This document shows positions 16,646 to 17,648 of a stretch of 17,648 nucleotides of DNA, one piece after another. How positions within the stretch are numbered: position 1 is the first letter of the stretch; every line of letters starts with the position of its first letter. The notes below the pieces were generated by a model. That model made no database searches. It worked only from the letters and a program-made list of their open reading frames with translations, and was not told the DNA's origin. A program made the position numbers and the translations under genes. Source of the DNA: Candidatus Hermodarchaeota archaeon (lineage in GTDB: Archaea > Asgardarchaeota > Hermodarchaeia > Hermodarchaeales > Hermodarchaeaceae); the NCBI GenBank assembly GCA_016840065.1, contig JAEOTB010000034.1:1-17648 (forward strand). The letters are read 5' to 3'.

Positions 16646-16710
16646 ACTTCTCTGAAGAAGGATAAATTTCAAGGGAGCACCAGGCTCAGAAGGTAGTGGC
16701 TTGAAGACAG

Positions 16711-17088
16711 TTAAGTCTCTATATCTCTACCCTTCTGTGTAGCAGTCCATGCAGGACGACCTTTAAGTTCAATTTTGTTGAGAAGACCCTGATTTTCAAG
16801 CTCTTGAAGGAGAGAGAGGACTTCGTCTTGATGCAGAGGTGTTTTTCCGATGGGTACTCGTGTAGAGTTAAGACCTCGAAGAATGCTTGATAGGGTTTGC
16901 CATCCTTGTTGACACACAAAGAGAATTGCAAGGTGATCGGCACCTATTACTGAGGTGAGGGATTCTTCTTCTGTTGGAGCCCCTTCTAAAGGAATTTGCG
17001 GCGCTTGCGCTGGTTGGTCCCTAGTTTCAAGGCGTCTACTTCGCCCTCGATAATTAACGTTATCCTCCAACCTTCGGCTCGCCATCAA
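16711..17088 (-). CDS. Hypothetical protein: disordered N-terminus plus C-terminal winged helix
   Basis: EVLSLLQELENQGLLNKIELKGRPAWTATQKG has a wHTH recognition-helix/wing pattern; GGTG upstream of TTG/ATG. Confidence 0.65.
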   Translation of the reverse strand: MMASRRLEDNVNYRGRSRRLETRDQPAQAPQIPLEGAPTEEESLTSVIGADHLAILFVCQQGWQTLSSILRGLNSTRVPIGKTPLHQDEVLSLLQELENQGLLNKIELKGRPAWTATQKGRDIET

Positions 17089-17243
17089 GCCACCAGCTAT
17101 AATATATCTTCAACCTACTTACCAGAAGACCAAAGCTTGTTTGTTATCAAGACTCGGGACCTAATGGTTGTCTAACTAGTAATAATCCCATAATGAAAGG
17201 AGGCTTCGTTAGTAAAAAAAGTTTCTTCCTTATTTGGGACAGA

Positions 17244-17648
17244 TTAGAATACCTTGACTTCTTTTGCTAATGCCTCAGAAGCGATTCCGCGGCGAAAACG
17301 AACCCGTAATACACCACCCCTTCCATGAACATCAACAACCCGACCCTTGACTGTCCTTTTCTCATTAAACTCTAGGACTACCAATCTTCCAATGTGTGCT
17401 GATGCCTGACTACTGCTAGTAATACCCTTTAACCGTATCAAGCCGTATCGAGGCCTTTGCCTACTTCTCCCGCCCTGGTAGTTCATAAGAACGCCGATTA
17501 GCGGTTCGGTGAGTTTTGGTCTAGGCTTGGCTTTAGGCTTAGCTTTGGCCTTGGGCTTAGCCTTAGGCTTGGCTTTAGGCTTAGCTTTGGCCTTGGGCTT
17601 AGCCTTAGGCTTGGCTTTAGGCTTAGCTTTGGCCTTGGGCTTAGCCTT
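17244..17648 (-). CDS. rpl35ae: 50S ribosomal protein L35Ae (eL33) with long Lys/Ala/Pro N-terminal extension (5' partial)
   Basis: Core GVLMNYQGGRSRQRPRYGLI...GRVVDVHGRGGVLRVRFRRGI. The frame stays open upstream of ATG 17486 to the window edge (135 codons including the stop), and that ATG is internal to the conserved first strand. Confidence 0.9.
   Translation of the reverse strand, partial: KAKPKAKAKPKAKPKAKPKAKAKPKAKPKAKPKAKAKPKAKPRPKLTEPLIGVLMNYQGGRSRQRPRYGLIRLKGITSSSQASAHIGRLVVLEFNEKRTVKGRVVDVHGRGGVLRVRFRRGIASEALAKEVKVF
17523..17648 (-). repeat. Perfect 42-bp tandem repeat, three copies, encoding KAKPKAKAKPKAKP
   Basis: Plus-strand unit aggcttggctttaggcttagctttggccttgggcttagcctt at 17523-17564, 17565-17606 and 17607-17648; truncated by the window end. 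Confidence 0.97.

Noticed and set aside
17523-17648. 42-bp repeats as a CRISPR array
   Set aside because: Units are head-to-tail with no spacers and are in-frame coding.

Overview
Gene-dense archaeal window, most likely from an Asgard (Promethearchaeota-type) lineage. This is inferred from a Rab-like small GTPase, eL33/L35Ae, a GTPBP1/2-family GTPase, archaeal-type MetRS and TATA/GGAGG-GGTGA signals. Left to right: a DUF885-like metallopeptidase (missed by the ORF track, runs off the left edge) directly downstream of a Rab-like GTPase; a structured ~110-nt intergenic element; a three-gene ABC-2 exporter; a stand-alone Lrp/AsnC ligand-binding domain; MetRS; a 1025-aa HhH + alpha-solenoid + beta-domain protein of unknown function; PAP2 phosphatase; DeoC; M42 aminopeptidase; HAD hydrolase; an AlbA_2/Schlafen-GTPBP fusion; a membrane protein; three small winged-helix proteins; and eL33 with a histone-H1-like KAKP repeat tail running off the right edge. 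No CRISPR, tRNA, rRNA or mobile element was seen. The most unusual items are the element upstream of the Rab operon (TATA, 12-bp terminal stem, competing helix over a U-tract, canonical G-quadruplex), the large solenoid protein, the repeat-tailed eL33, and a MetRS that appears to need a non-AUG start and has an altered methionine pocket. All family calls are from motif recognition, not database searches.
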